Origin: Octopus sinensis
Taxonomy: Eukaryota
Direction: 5' to 3'
DNA: 64,000 nt
Assembly (NCBI RefSeq): GCF_006345805.1
Contig: NC_043011.1
Coordinates: forward strand, 59,718,464 to 59,782,463
Shown here: piece by piece, positions 25,809-38,965 of the stretch
Numbering within the stretch: position 1 is the stretch's first letter
Layout: each line of letters starts with the position of its first letter
Made by a program: the position numbers and the translations under genes
The notes under the pieces: model-generated
What the model was told of the DNA's origin: nothing
The model's database searches: none
The model's input: the letters and a program-made list of their open reading frames with translations, nothing else

Positions 25809-26551
25809 GTATATATATACATGTGATAGATATATTACACATATACTACATATACACTATATACATACATTTAATATATATACTTGCGCATTTATATATA
25901 TATATGTGTATTATATATGTATATATATATATAAATGTATATACATAAGAGCACTGAACATATTTTTACAAACACACACACGTATAAATATATATATATA
26001 TATATACACAGACTCATGTATACATACACGCACACACACACACACACACACACATACATATATATATGTATGTATGTGCCTTTAACTTAAGTACCATATT
26101 CATCTGAATCTATGCAGTTGTGACTTAGGAACAGATTTCTGCCCATGTATAAGTAATGATAGAAGGATCGGGGAAAGAGGAAAGAGCGAAGGGCAAAACA
26201 ATAAAAACATCAATAGCAACAACAACAACAATGGCAAGGCCAACAACAACAACAGCAACAAAACCGATAGCAACAACAACGATAACAATACGTTAACGCA
26301 AGTCACTGACGATGCGATGTGACGTTAAATACGGGGCGTGTGGTGAAGCTTTGCAGAGGGGGTGGGGACTATTGGCAGGAATGGCCACAAATACAACAAT
26401 AGCAACATCTGCAACAACAGCAATAGCAACAACAGTGACGAAAATAGCAACACGAAAAGGAAATTGTGAAAGTGTTTAACACGAAGGAAAGACATCGACA
26501 TTGACCGTAGATAAAACAAGAAACGATGTTTGTAAGTGATTTAGAGAGCTC

Positions 26552-26593
<42 letters not shown>

Positions 26594-26804
26594 GAGAGCA
26601 AGGGAAAGTCGGAGGGGAGGGGAGAAGAATAGGGCATAAATATGTTAATATAAGTGTGCATAGGTGTAATTGTGTGATGTGTGTGTGTGTGTGGAGTGGG
26701 GGCAGAGGCAGTGCGTGTCTGTGTATTGATGGTTTAGAAATATGTATATATATATACGGATGTATGTAAAATGTGGGATATGTGTCTGCATGTTGTGTGA
26801 ATGC

Positions 26805-26837
<33 letters not shown>

Positions 26838-26941
26838 AAGAGAAGTGAGAGAGAGAGAGAAAAGTAGAATCAGAAATATATACATTGTGTCCGTGTGGCA
26901 CTCATTGACATTTACGTATAGTAACACACAGTGTATATATA

Positions 26942-26990
<49 letters not shown>

Positions 26991-27262
26991 TATTAACATA
27001 TACATACACAAACACAGACATATACATGCATGTATATATAAATATATAAATATATATATATATTATATATATATATATATGATATATGTATGTATATGTG
27101 ATGTATATATATATATATTATATATAATATGTATATATATATTACATATGTATGTATGTATAATATATTTATATGTGTAAGTATATCTATCTATCTATCT
27201 ATCTATATTTATATATATACGTACCTCTCTCTCCCTCCCTCCCTCTCTCCCCCTCCCTCTCC

Positions 27263-27305
<43 letters not shown>

Positions 27306-27386
27306 ATGGGAGTAAGAAAGACGAAAAGGGAAGACAGAGAGAGAGTGTCTGTATGTATCAGTTTGATTGAGAAGATTAAAGGCAGA

Positions 27387-27466
<80 letters not shown>

Positions 27467-28067
27467 TGTATGCGCATGTATTTGCGCGTGTGTGTGTTTG
27501 TGTTTGTGGGGTGAGTGAAGGAGAGAGTCGTGTTTGGAGGTCGGAGAAAGTTGTTGAGGAGTGGCCATTGTTATAGGTTAGCAATCTTCAAGACACGATT
27601 TTGAGATTCTTACGGAGGAAAAGTGAAGAAAAAGAAAGCCGCATTCACAAAAGAGTACCGTGTGTAAAGGGAGATAACCTAGATTAGATGTGACATTTTA
27701 ATCAGAAAAATGTGCGGATTTGGTAACGCAAAAAGAAAAGAAGAACAAAAAAGCAAATCGAAAAGAAAGAAAGGGAAAAACAAACAATATCAACAACAGC
27801 AACAACAACAACGATAATAAAAACACAAAAAGAAAAAGCAAATAAGAAACGCAGAAGAGACGAGCCAACAACAACAAACAACAAATGTGGAACGGAATTA
27901 CCACAACAACAACAGTGACAGATTTAGTTAACAACAATAACAAGAAGAAGAATACTGCAAACTAAATGAACAGACAATATCGTTTAACAGATGCGATTGA
28001 AGCAGTTTAAGCTGCGAAAAGACGGTGTGGTGGGCACGGATGGTGTGGTTGGTGTGTGGGCGATAGG

Positions 28068-28123
28068 GATTGGTTAACTAAAACGGTCTTGGAATAAATA
28101 TGGCCGCAGGAGGATCGGAAGTG
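28068..28123. promoter_or_regulatory. Possible promoter-type motif cluster (CCAAT, YY1-like, ETS-like)
   Basis: GATTGGTT 28068-75, AAATATGGCCGC 28096-107, CGGAAGTG 28116-23 in a non-repetitive GC-richer patch. Confidence 0.25.
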
Positions 28124-28256
28124 AACGGGTCAAGAGTGCAGCTGGTGTAGGGTTTTTTTTTAGATTTGCCTCTTTTGTTTTGTTTTGATTTTTGTTATTT
28201 TTCCTTCGTTTTGATTTTCATGTGGCTTTGCACGTTTTAATAGTATATATATAAAC

Positions 28257-28297
<41 letters not shown>

Positions 28298-28742
28298 CTC
28301 AGTGTATATGTGTGTGTATGAGTGAGTGTGTGCGTGAGTGTGTGTGTGCGTGTGTATGTGCTGTGTATATGTGAGTGTATGAGTGAGTGTGTGTGTGTGT
28401 GTATGAGTGAGTGTGTGTGTGAGTGTGTGTGTGCGTGTGTATGTGCTGTGTATGTGTGAGTGTGTGTGTGCATGTGTGTGAGTGTGTGTGTGCGTGTGTA
28501 TGTGCTGTGTATATGTGAGTGTATGAGTGAGTGTGTGTGTGTGTGTATGAGTGAGTGTGTGTGTGAGTGTGTGTGTGCGTGTGTATGTGCTATGTATGTG
28601 TGAGTGTGTTCATGTGTGTGTGTGAGTGTGTGTGTGCGTGTGTATGTGCTGTGTATGTATGAATGTGTACATGTGTATATATATATATGAATAAATGAAA
28701 GAATGGAGTCGGACGAAGATGTATATATACATACATAATATA

Positions 28743-29610
28743 TACATGGTCTGATCAATAAGTATCCGGACGGTTGCCATACTAACGAACCTAAAGCACG
28801 CAGAATGAAGCCGCTTCACAAAGATTGACCTTGAACTCTGCTGTGCATGCGCACTAAGGTTTATCGTTCTAGCTCACTTCCGCCGTTTACATTAGCGCTT
28901 GGAAGGGAGGTGTGCAGCGTCACTGACCATGACAGAAAGTTGTCTGGGCGATACTGCTCAGAGGCCTACGCAAAGGTGCAGAATGCGTACAGATAGGAAT
29001 GTATGCGTCTCATGAGTGGAGGCGCAATGGCCCAGTGGTTAGGGCAGCGGACTCGCGGTCATAGGATCGCGGTTTCGATTCCCAGACCGGGCGTTGTGAG
29101 TGTTTATTGAACGAAAACACCTAAAAGCTCCACGAGGCTCCGGCAGGGGATGGTGGTGATCCCTGCTGTACTCTTTCACCACAACTTTCTCTCACTCTTA
29201 CTTCCTGTTTCTGTTGTACTTGTATTTCAAAGGACCGGCCTTGTCACTCTCTGTGTCACGCTGAATATCCCCGAGAACTACGTTAAGGGTACACGTGTCT
29301 GTGGAGTGCTCAGCCACTTACACGTTAATTTCACGAGCAGGCTGTTCCGTTGATTCGGATCAACCGGAACCCTCATCGTCGCAACCGACGGAGTGCTTCA
29401 AAAAAATATGCGTCTCATACGAGAGTACGAGTAGTTCAGACGTTTCTAAGATGGCCGAAAAAATATCGATTTTGACGAACGTTCTGGGAGACCCGCAACG
29501 AAGAGAACGGAGAAAAGCATCGCAGATGTGCGGCAACTGTGAGGGGAAATCGTCGAGTCACCATCCATGAGTTATCAGAGGATATGCAGATTAGTTACAG
29601 TTCAGTTCGA
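28743..29610 (+). mobile_element. mariner-type transposon 5' remnant interrupted by a SINE
   Basis: TIR-like TACATGGTCTGATCAATAAGTATCCGGA; after the SINE it translates F*DGRKNIDFDERSGRPATKRTEKSIADVRQL (mariner N-terminal HTH region). Confidence 0.75.
29014..29406 (+). mobile_element. SINE family C head with tail type 2; 12-bp TSD
   Basis: TATGCGTCTCAT duplicated at 29002-29013 and 29407-29418; ends ..GACGGAGTGCTTCAAAAAAA. Confidence 0.9.
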
Positions 29611-29711
29611 ACCCGCGATATTTCCACCGCGAGTCCGCTGCTCTAACCACATGGCGATATGCCGCTACGTATGAAAGCAGTCAACAATAAAATCATAATG
29701 AACGCTTAGTC

Positions 29712-29935
29712 TCTCTAGATTAGCGGGCAGAATGGTTTGCACGTCGGTCAAAATATTTAACGGCATTTCATTCATTTTTATGTCCAGTATTCAAATTCGC
29801 CGAGGTCAAGTACGCTTTTCATTCTTTCAGGGGTCGATAAGATGAGTACCAGTTGAGCAGTTTAGTCGATGTAATCGATCTGCCTCCTCCTCTTCCAAAA
29901 TTGCTGGCTTTGTGCCAAAATTTGAAACCAATATT
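29712..29935 (+). mobile_element. SINE family A, diverged
   Basis: GCAGAATGGTTTGCACG..TTCAAATTCGCCGAGGTCAA..GGGGTCGATAAGATGAGTACCAG. Confidence 0.7.
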
Positions 29936-30830
29936 TGTTCTGTCTCACATATCGAGTTGGCTTTGCTGTTTTCGTTATATTACGTTGCTGACAATACAGA
30001 GAATCACACAAGTGATCTATAAATTACGCGTAAGTCATACACACACACATACATACATACATACATACATACATACATACATACATACATACATACACAC
30101 ACATACATACATACACACACGCACACATACATACATACATACATACATGCATACATACATACATGCATACATACATATGCATATACACAAACGTACATAC
30201 ATACATACATACAATGCATGCATGCATGCATACATACATATACACACACACACGTCCATACACACACACACACATACATACTTACACATGCATACACACA
30301 CACGTACATACATACATTCACACACACACACACACATAGATACACACAGGTGGACTGTGTGTAATTCTGCCCCAATTACCCATCGCCTCCTCCCCCAGAC
30401 CTATTCAGTCGTCTTCAAATACTAAGGCGACATTTGAAGCAAAGAAGATTTGCTAATCGTTAAACATTGCCTTAACTAGTTTAGTTCCTTCTCAGAACAG
30501 TTGTTCACATGAAGAAGCGCTAGATAAATAGGATAGTCTCCCTCCCATTTCAAGACAATTTTGTTGATTGTCCCAAGAGAATATTCCAGAAATGTCCTGA
30601 TTCTAATGTTCTGTATTACCTTCGTTAAGTAGATTCCGTCGTCTTATTCGTCTTCTTGTAATCTTGAAAATTAGCGAAGGAAAAAGAATACTCCGCTGTA
30701 TCTACGATATGTGTATGTATATATGTGGTTGTACGTGTTGAATGTGTACGCGCGTTTCCGTGTCTGTGCGTTTTTGTATACATGTATATGTGCGTGATTG
30801 TGTGTATGACTACGAAAAAGAGACAGAAAC

Positions 30831-30868
<38 letters not shown>

Positions 30869-31878
30869 AGGGAGAGAGGGGGGGAAAAATAAAGGTTTCA
30901 GAGAATGAGACTGGTTGCAGGAAAAACAAAAAAAGAATGAATGAATGAATGAATGAGGTAACAATCTTGGGTAGATGAGTTAAATATAAATACATAATTA
31001 TGAGAAAAAAAGGCTAAGTCCACCGTACTGTTAATTAGAGACTCAGAGTGCGCTAATGGGCGGCACAAATATTTAATTACCATATACAAATCATTTGTGC
31101 AGGTCATTCGGCAGAAGCTGAACGACCTGTGTGAGTGCGGGTGTTTTACCTTTCACTTGTTTCAACGATCAGACTGCGGCCATACTGGAGCACCGGCTTG
31201 TCGAACAAATGGAGCCCACTGCTTTTGTTTTTTTTTTTTTGTAAAGTGTGCTCCTTATTCTTTCCGCCCCTCTTTGCTGAACCCCTAATTTACGGGGCCT
31301 AAATAAAACAACACCGAGTTTAAAATGGTGGCGGCGGTGGACGTGGTGGAGTGGAGAAAATCACAAATACAAAAACACACATAGAAACACACATGCAGAT
31401 ATATATATATATATATATATATAAATAATATATATATATATATATATATATATGAATTATTATGATGTATGTATGTATGTATGTATGAATGTATGTATGT
31501 ATGTATCTATGTTATCTATCTAACTATTTATCTATCTATATATCTATATATGTATATATATTTATGTACACACACACACATATATATATATGTATACCTA
31601 CATATATAAGTGCGTGTGTGTGTATCTATCTATGTATGTATCCATCTATGTATTTATCGATGTATATATCTATCTATCGGTCCACTCGAGGCTATAGCGG
31701 AAGATACTTGTTCAATGTACTGCACTGTGGAAGCGAACCTGCAAATACGTGTGCTGCCAAGTGATGGGGGGGGGGGTAATCACAAACACACAAATACACA
31801 CACACACACACACATATATATATACGACGGGCTTCTTTCAGATTCCGTCTGCCAAATCCACTCTCAAATATACATACA

Positions 31879-31960
<82 letters not shown>

Positions 31961-32257
31961 GTATATATGCATATATATGGATGGATGAATATATGTATGT
32001 ATGTTTATGTATATATACGAATAATATATATATATGTACATATATGATAGATATATGTGTGTATATATATATATATATACTTTTTAATTATTTACATATA
32101 TATATATATACATTTATAAATATATATTTAATTATTTACATATGTATATATACATTTATGTATATATATATATATATGTCTATATATATGTATGCATACA
32201 CACACATATATACATACATTTATATGTGTGTACATGCGTTTGTGTGTGTGTGTGTGC

Positions 32258-32292
<35 letters not shown>

Positions 32293-33379
32293 CGTGCGCG
32301 CGTGTGTGTTTACCAAGACTCAAAATTTATACATTAAACACCATAAAATCATTATAAATAAAGATTTAGAAATGCTAAAAAATGATGAATGAAAAAAATA
32401 TACATACACCAATAAATTTAAAGTAATCTCAGAGAAGGAGAAAATATTTTAACTTATTTTGTAAAAAAGTAGTTCATTGAAATAGATTTTTAAACAGAAG
32501 AAAATAAAAAGATAATTACTAAAGATAATTATAAAAAAATATTGCAAATATAAATCCGAAAAAAATAATGAGTTGATATGCTGGAAAAAAATTAATTAAA
32601 AAATATTGAAAATAGTTTTTAGTGAGGCGTTTGTGGTAATTAAAGAAAAACTGAAATAGATACGTTGAAACTTAGCTATAATTCTAATGATGTTACAAAA
32701 AGATGTTCAATAAAAATCATGTTTGTTTAGGGAAAAAATAACAAGATGTTTGAAACTGATATGATGAATACGTAAAGGGCTAAATATATAAATATGGATA
32801 CCAAAGAAACTAATAATGATAATAATAATAATCTATTCTACAATAGGCACAAGGTTTGGAATTTGGAAGAGGGCGATAAGGCGATTATATCGCCCCCCCC
32901 CCACCCACCAGCACTCAACGGGTACTTATTTTATCGACCTGAAAAAATGAAAAGCAAAGTCGACCAGGAAGCATCATGGAGGTGGCTCAACAAGGGTAGC
33001 TGTAAAAAGAATACTGACAGCCTAATCAACGCGCACACACGCCTACATACATACATGCATACATACACACGCACACACACACACACACACATACATACGC
33101 ACATACACACATACACACACACACATACGTTCCAAGATGGAGACGTGTTCCAACGGTCCATGTGGCAGGCTTGATAATTGTTAGGAGACTTCTCTCTGCA
33201 TGAAACCATTGGTAACCTTGTTAATCCTCAAATAAACAATGTTTATCCACCAATGCAGTGATGAGCACTCATTCTCACTGTCCGATATTAACTAATAACT
33301 ATTATGTATTATATATAGATGTACACACAAACACACACACACACACAAACACACACATAAATATATTCTTTTATTCTTT

Positions 33380-33680
33380 AATTTCTTTCAGTCATGTCAC
33401 TGAGGTCATGCTGGAGCACAACATGGGGAGGGGGGTGACACAGACTGACACAAAGGCACACACATATAGATGCACACACATACAGACACACGCACAGACG
33501 CGCGTGAACACACAAACACACACATATATACGAAGGGCTTCTTTCAGTTTCCGTCAACCAAATCCACTCACAAGGCTTTTGGTCGGCCGAGGCTATGTAG
33601 AAGACACTTGCATAAGGTTCCACGCAGTGGGACTGAACCCGGAACCATGTGGTTAGGAAGCAAGCTTCTTACCACACAGC
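33380..33680 (-). mobile_element. SINE family B
   Basis: Reverse-complement tail (TTTCAGTCATGTCACTGAGGTCATGCTGGAGCAC) and head. Confidence 0.75.
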
Positions 33681-33889
33681 CAAATATATGTATATTTATA
33701 TGGTTACACAAATATGTTTGCGTGTATCTGTGTGTGAGTGTATGTATGTTTGAGTGTATATATGTTTGAGTGTATGTGTGTAAATACGTGTGTCTGAATG
33801 CGTGTGTGTGTGTGTGCGTGCACGCGTTTGCTTGTATTTATGTTTACTGTGTTTACAGGTCGATAAATAAAAAGCAGATTGAAAAATAT

Positions 33890-34123
33890 ACCTATTTCTT
33901 TACTACCCACAAGGGGCTAAACACAGAGGGGACAAACAGGGACAGACAAAGGGATTAAGTCGATTACATCGACCCCAATGCGTAACTGGTACTTAATTCA
34001 TCGACCCCGAAAGGATGAAAGGCAAAGTCAACCTCGGCGGAATTTGAACTCAGAACACAGACAGGCGAAATACGGCTACGCATTTCGCCCGGGGCGCTAA
34101 CAGTTCTGCCAGCTCGCCGCCTT
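33890..34123 (-). mobile_element. SINE family A, full length
   Basis: TATTTCTTTACTACCCACAAGG...GCCAGCTCGCCGCC. Confidence 0.9.
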
Positions 34124-34250
34124 AAATATACTGAGATGGATAAAATTGAGTAAACTCTTACAATCTCTGCCCCAGCATGACCGTAGTCCAGTGACTGAAA
34201 CTAGTAAAAGAATAAAAGTATATACATACATGCATGTACGTGTTTATACA

Positions 34251-34298
<48 letters not shown>

Positions 34299-34439
34299 AT
34301 ACACGCATTCACACACACACACAAACACACACACACACCTTCCTTCAATCTCGATTCCATCTAAACGTTGTCGTCTCCTGATTAATATCTCTCCATTTAA
34401 CTCCTGTCAAATATCCCAATCTTTTCTTCTTCTTCATTA

Positions 34440-34465
34440 AAATAACCGCAACAACAACAACGACA

Positions 34466-34496
<31 letters not shown>

Positions 34497-34517
34497 CTAC
34501 TACGACAACACAACACA

Positions 34518-34603
<86 letters not shown>

Positions 34604-34678
34604 TAATAATGATAATGATGATGATGATGATGATGTTAATAATAATGATAATGTTAATAATAATAACAACAACAACAA

Positions 34679-34725
<47 letters not shown>

Positions 34726-34740
34726 ATAATGATAATAATC
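34440..34740. repeat. Compound trinucleotide microsatellite (CAA/TTC/CTA/AAT/GAT/TAG)
   Basis: Consecutive pure triplet runs. Confidence 0.9.
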
Positions 34741-35122
34741 CGTGTTGGGGGTCTTCCCACCCCCTCTATCTGCCTGCTGTCAGCAACAGCCGTTGGACTG
34801 GTTCCGTGACATTTTACACCGACAAACACTCCTACGGGTGTCTAGCTAAGTAAATAACTCATACAGGAGGGGTGGATCTACTGGGTAGAAGTTGGGAGGG
34901 GTGGTAGGGAGTTGATTTGGGGTGGTGTCAACATTGCATTTTGGGATGGAGCACACGTTGTGATAGGAGCGATAATAACGATAACGGTCGGAGTTGAGGT
35001 TGCAGTTGAATGGTTAGAGAGGGTACCCTAGTAAGTAGAAGCGGGTACCGTGGCAGACTGAGAGCCGTGGTGTTGCATATGTTTATGAAATCAGTTATCG
35101 TTGTTCTTGTTGTTGTTATTGG

Positions 35123-35310
35123 CGGCCAGCCGGCAGAATAGTTAGCATGCCGGACAAAATGCTAAGCATCATTTCCTCCAGCGCTTTGTATTCCGAGTTT
35201 TAGATCTCGTTAAGGTCGACTTGGCCCTTCAAGATCGATAAAATGAGGACCAGTCAAGCTCTATGATCGATGTAATCGACTTTCTTCCTAGTCCTAAATT
35301 CCAGATGTAG
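35123..35310 (+). mobile_element. SINE family A, diverged
   Basis: GGCGGCCAGCCGGCAGAATAGTTAGCATGCCGG head. Confidence 0.7.
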
Positions 35311-35347
35311 TGACTATAGAAGAAAAAATTATTGCTGTTGTTGTTGT

Positions 35348-35718
35348 TTGTTTGTTTGTTGAGCGAAGCGATCTTCGTCCCAGAGCTCGCAAGATCGCGC
35401 CTCATGATTGTCTGTAGTGGGAGAAGTCCGAAACGTGGTCCTTTTGCTATTGGTAAGACCCGCAGAAGAGAAAGCAGGTCAACCCCCGACACCGAGAGCA
35501 TCGACGGATGGATGAATGCGCATCCAGGCTCAGCGGTTGCGTAGGAAGTCGGGGACAAGAAACTGGAAGAAAGAGTGAGAGAAAGTTGGGGCGAAAGAGT
35601 ACAACAGGGGTCGCCACCACCGCTCAATAAACACACACAACGCCCGGTCTGGGAATCGAAACCGCGATCCTCCGACCGCGAGTCCGCTGCCCTAACCACT
35701 GGGCCATTGCGCCTCCAC
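35348..35718 (-). mobile_element. SINE family C, tail type 1
   Basis: Homologous to 20733-21090 with a short internal deletion. Confidence 0.9.
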
Positions 35719-36077
35719 TGTTGTTGCTGTTATAATTGTTGCAGATACTGCTGTTGTTGTGACATTTGTTGCTTTTGCAATTGTTGTTGTTGTTGCTGTT
35801 AGAGTTGTTGTACTACTTTTGCTATTTAGCATCAAGTCACCTCTAATCAGACAGACATCAGATCAAAGGCATTCCAGCCATGACCATCCATGATCAAAAA
35901 ACACCCAGACTGTGATTGTCAACATATGAATTTTTCAGAAGTAGTATCTCTAGGACTACACTATATAATGTGCCTCGTTTACTCTGTTAAATGGTACGCT
36001 GTAATCTGAGGAATTTTTGGCTGTCATTTCTTGGAAACTGAGCGGCATCATTAAGTTAGGGCAGCCGACTCGCGGTT

Positions 36078-36400
36078 TCGATTCCCAGACTTATTCTTTG
36101 TGAGCCTAGTACTTATTCCAGCGGTCTCTTTTTGCCGAACCGCTAAGTAACAGGGAGGTAAACACACCAGCATCAGTTGTCAAGCGATGATTGAGGGACA
36201 AACACAGACACACAAATGCATACATACATATATCTATAAGCGACGGGCTTCTTTCAGTTTTCGTCTACCAAATTCACTCACAAGGGCTTTGGTCGGCCCG
36301 AGGCTATAGTTGAAGACACTTGCCCAAGGTGCCACGCAGTGGGACTGAACCCGGAACCATTGGATGGGAAGCAAGCTTCTCACCACACGGCCACGCCTGC
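36078..36400 (-). mobile_element. SINE family B
   Basis: Reverse complement of the B body and head. Confidence 0.8.
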
Positions 36401-36417
36401 GCCTCTTTCTCTCTCTC

Positions 36418-36472
<55 letters not shown>

Positions 36473-36483
36473 TATATTATATA

Positions 36484-36525
<42 letters not shown>

Positions 36526-36692
36526 TATTATATATATATATTATATAGATATATATATATAAAAAATGAGATAGGGGTTGAAAAATTCAACCCACCATGG
36601 GATAACATATATCCCTATACTGTTATAGATAGTTGAGTTTTATATTGATTTAAGTATGTTTCTCCATTTTCTAATTTATATATATATATATA

Positions 36693-36796
<104 letters not shown>

Positions 36797-37036
36797 ATAT
36801 ATATGTATTTATGTATATGTATGTATGTCTATATCCATATATATAATATATGTGCGCGCGTATGTGTGTGTATGTGTGTCTGTTTGCTTTTGCGTGTGTG
36901 CTCGTTACTGTTGTGTGTGACCGTGTCAGGCCGTGTATATCAATATATAAATCTTGACATATTTTCTATATCAATCCTTTCATGCTATTTCTATATCTCC
37001 TTGCATTCTCTTTCTTTCTCTCTCTCTCACTCTCTC

Positions 37037-37068
<32 letters not shown>

Positions 37069-37534
37069 CCTTTGTATATACATAGATACATATGCATAGA
37101 CCTATATACATATATATATATACATGTATAACCAAAGTTGCACTCGTTTGCCAAGTGATTCGATCTGAAATCGTGTGTTTTGGACATAAATGCGTGACGT
37201 GTGCGATTGCTGGATGTTTCATATCAATCTAGCAGGAAGCAATTGTTTTTAGGTACGGAATGACAGACGACAGCCAGTTGAAGGGACGGCAGAGAAGCCA
37301 TTGGAACAGGAAGTGAGCAGCTTGTTCATCCTGTAAACGGTTGGTCGCACCGTTAGATATAGCAACCAAATATCCCACAAGCCACAAACTACAGGCGAAA
37401 CATCGAATTTCCAGAGCCTTTGGTTCCAGTCATTTCGTACTTCTCACATTTCCGAACCAGGGGTGGGTCACCTTTCTCAACACACTCTTAATTAAATAGA
37501 TATTAAATTTACTTCAGTATTTAAATAAAATAAG

Positions 37535-37735
37535 GCAGTGAGCTGGCAGAATCGGTAGCACGCCAGGCAAAAAGCGTAACAGCCTTTCGTCCGTCTTCGC
37601 GTTCTGAGTTCAAATTCTACCGACGTTGGTTTTGCCTTTCGATTTCGATAAAATAAGTACCAGCTGAAAATTCTGGTCAATGTAATTAACTTCCCTCTTT
37701 CCCAAATTTTGGCCTGGTGCCAAAATTTGAAACCA
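37535..37735 (+). mobile_element. SINE family A
   Basis: GGCAGTGAGCTGGCAGAATCGGTAGCACGCC head and core. Confidence 0.8.
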
Positions 37736-37792
37736 ATATTTTAATGAAATACAGGTACCTGTATATTAGTATAAATGATACAAGTTTATTAA

Positions 37793-38242
37793 CCCTTAAA
37801 GGTCGCCTGAAAGGGTTGCTTGAATGTGTGTGCCAAGGAAGTGAAAAACAAAAATATATAACTTTTTCTTAAAGTTAATTTTTATATGTAACATATGGTA
37901 TAATTATAAACAGGGCAAATTTTAGCCATTTCTCTGCAGACTAAAAAAATCATAAACAACCTTAATCGATTTTCGAACCTTACTGGATTCTCATCAGTGG
38001 CGTCTACATCATTCTGACATTCTCCAGAGAAACAAGCAACCAAACTCTACAAATACATCAGTTTACACATATTTTCTCGTTAAATAAGTACAAAAACTAC
38101 AGTCATTGCTAGCTTCATGCAAATAAAAAATTTATAATCTCATATATCGAAAAGCGCCATAAAAGAATCACTTTTCTTTGGTGATGGCTGTATCCAAGTA
38201 AAACTTTCCAAACATCAATTGATAATGTCAGCCGTTTAAGGG
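37793..38242. mobile_element. piggyBac-like non-autonomous element (TTAA TSD, CCC...GGG ends)
   Basis: TTAA|CCCTTAAA at 37789-37800 and TTTAAGGG|TTAA at 38235-38246. Confidence 0.5.
37958..38003 (-). ncRNA. Minimal type I hammerhead motif with intact catalytic core
   Basis: Minus: ACGCCA CTGATGA GAATCC AGTAA GGTTC GAAA ATCGAT TA AGGTT; palindromic AATCGATT helix III. Confidence 0.65.
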
Positions 38243-38401
38243 TTAATACTCTACTTTGGGTGCACAGTACCAGTAAACTAGTCCGACGGGCGCAGGAGTT
38301 TGTATATAGGGTGTTTCAGCAACGTGAAACCCAGTTTAATGTGTGGAGATCAGACGGATATTTTCACGGTCGAGCTTTTGCGCTTCGGTAAGCTCTCTCG
38401 G

Positions 38402-38965
38402 CGGCACCCATCTCACACCCATCTCGGCATTCATCGCACACCCATATCGCACTCATCTCACACCCATATCCCACTCATCTCAGCGCCCATCTCGAACCCA
38501 TCTCGCACCCATCTCGCACCCATCTCGCACCAATCTCGCACCCATCTCAGCACCCATCTCGACCCCATCTCGCACCCATCTCACACCCATCTCGCATTCA
38601 TCTCAGCGCCCATCTCGCACCCATCTCACACCCATCTCGCATACATCTCAGCACCCATCTCGACCCCATCTCGTACCCATCTCGGCACCCATCTCGCACC
38701 CATCTCGCACCCATCTCGTACCCATCTCGGCATCCATCTCGCACCCATCTCAGCACCCATCTCACACCCATCTCGCACCCATCTCGGCACCCATCTCGTA
38801 CCCATCTCGCACCCATCTGGTACCCATCTCGGCATCCATCTCGCATCCATCTCGGCACCCATCTCGAACCCCTCTCGCACCCATCTCGTACCCATCTCGG
38901 CACCCATCTCGCACCCATCTCGGCACCCTTCTCGAACCCATCTCGCACCCATCTCACACTCATAT
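38402..38965. repeat. About 11-bp minisatellite (CACCCATCTCG), variable 10-12-bp units
   Basis: About 50 degenerate tandem units. Confidence 0.9.
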
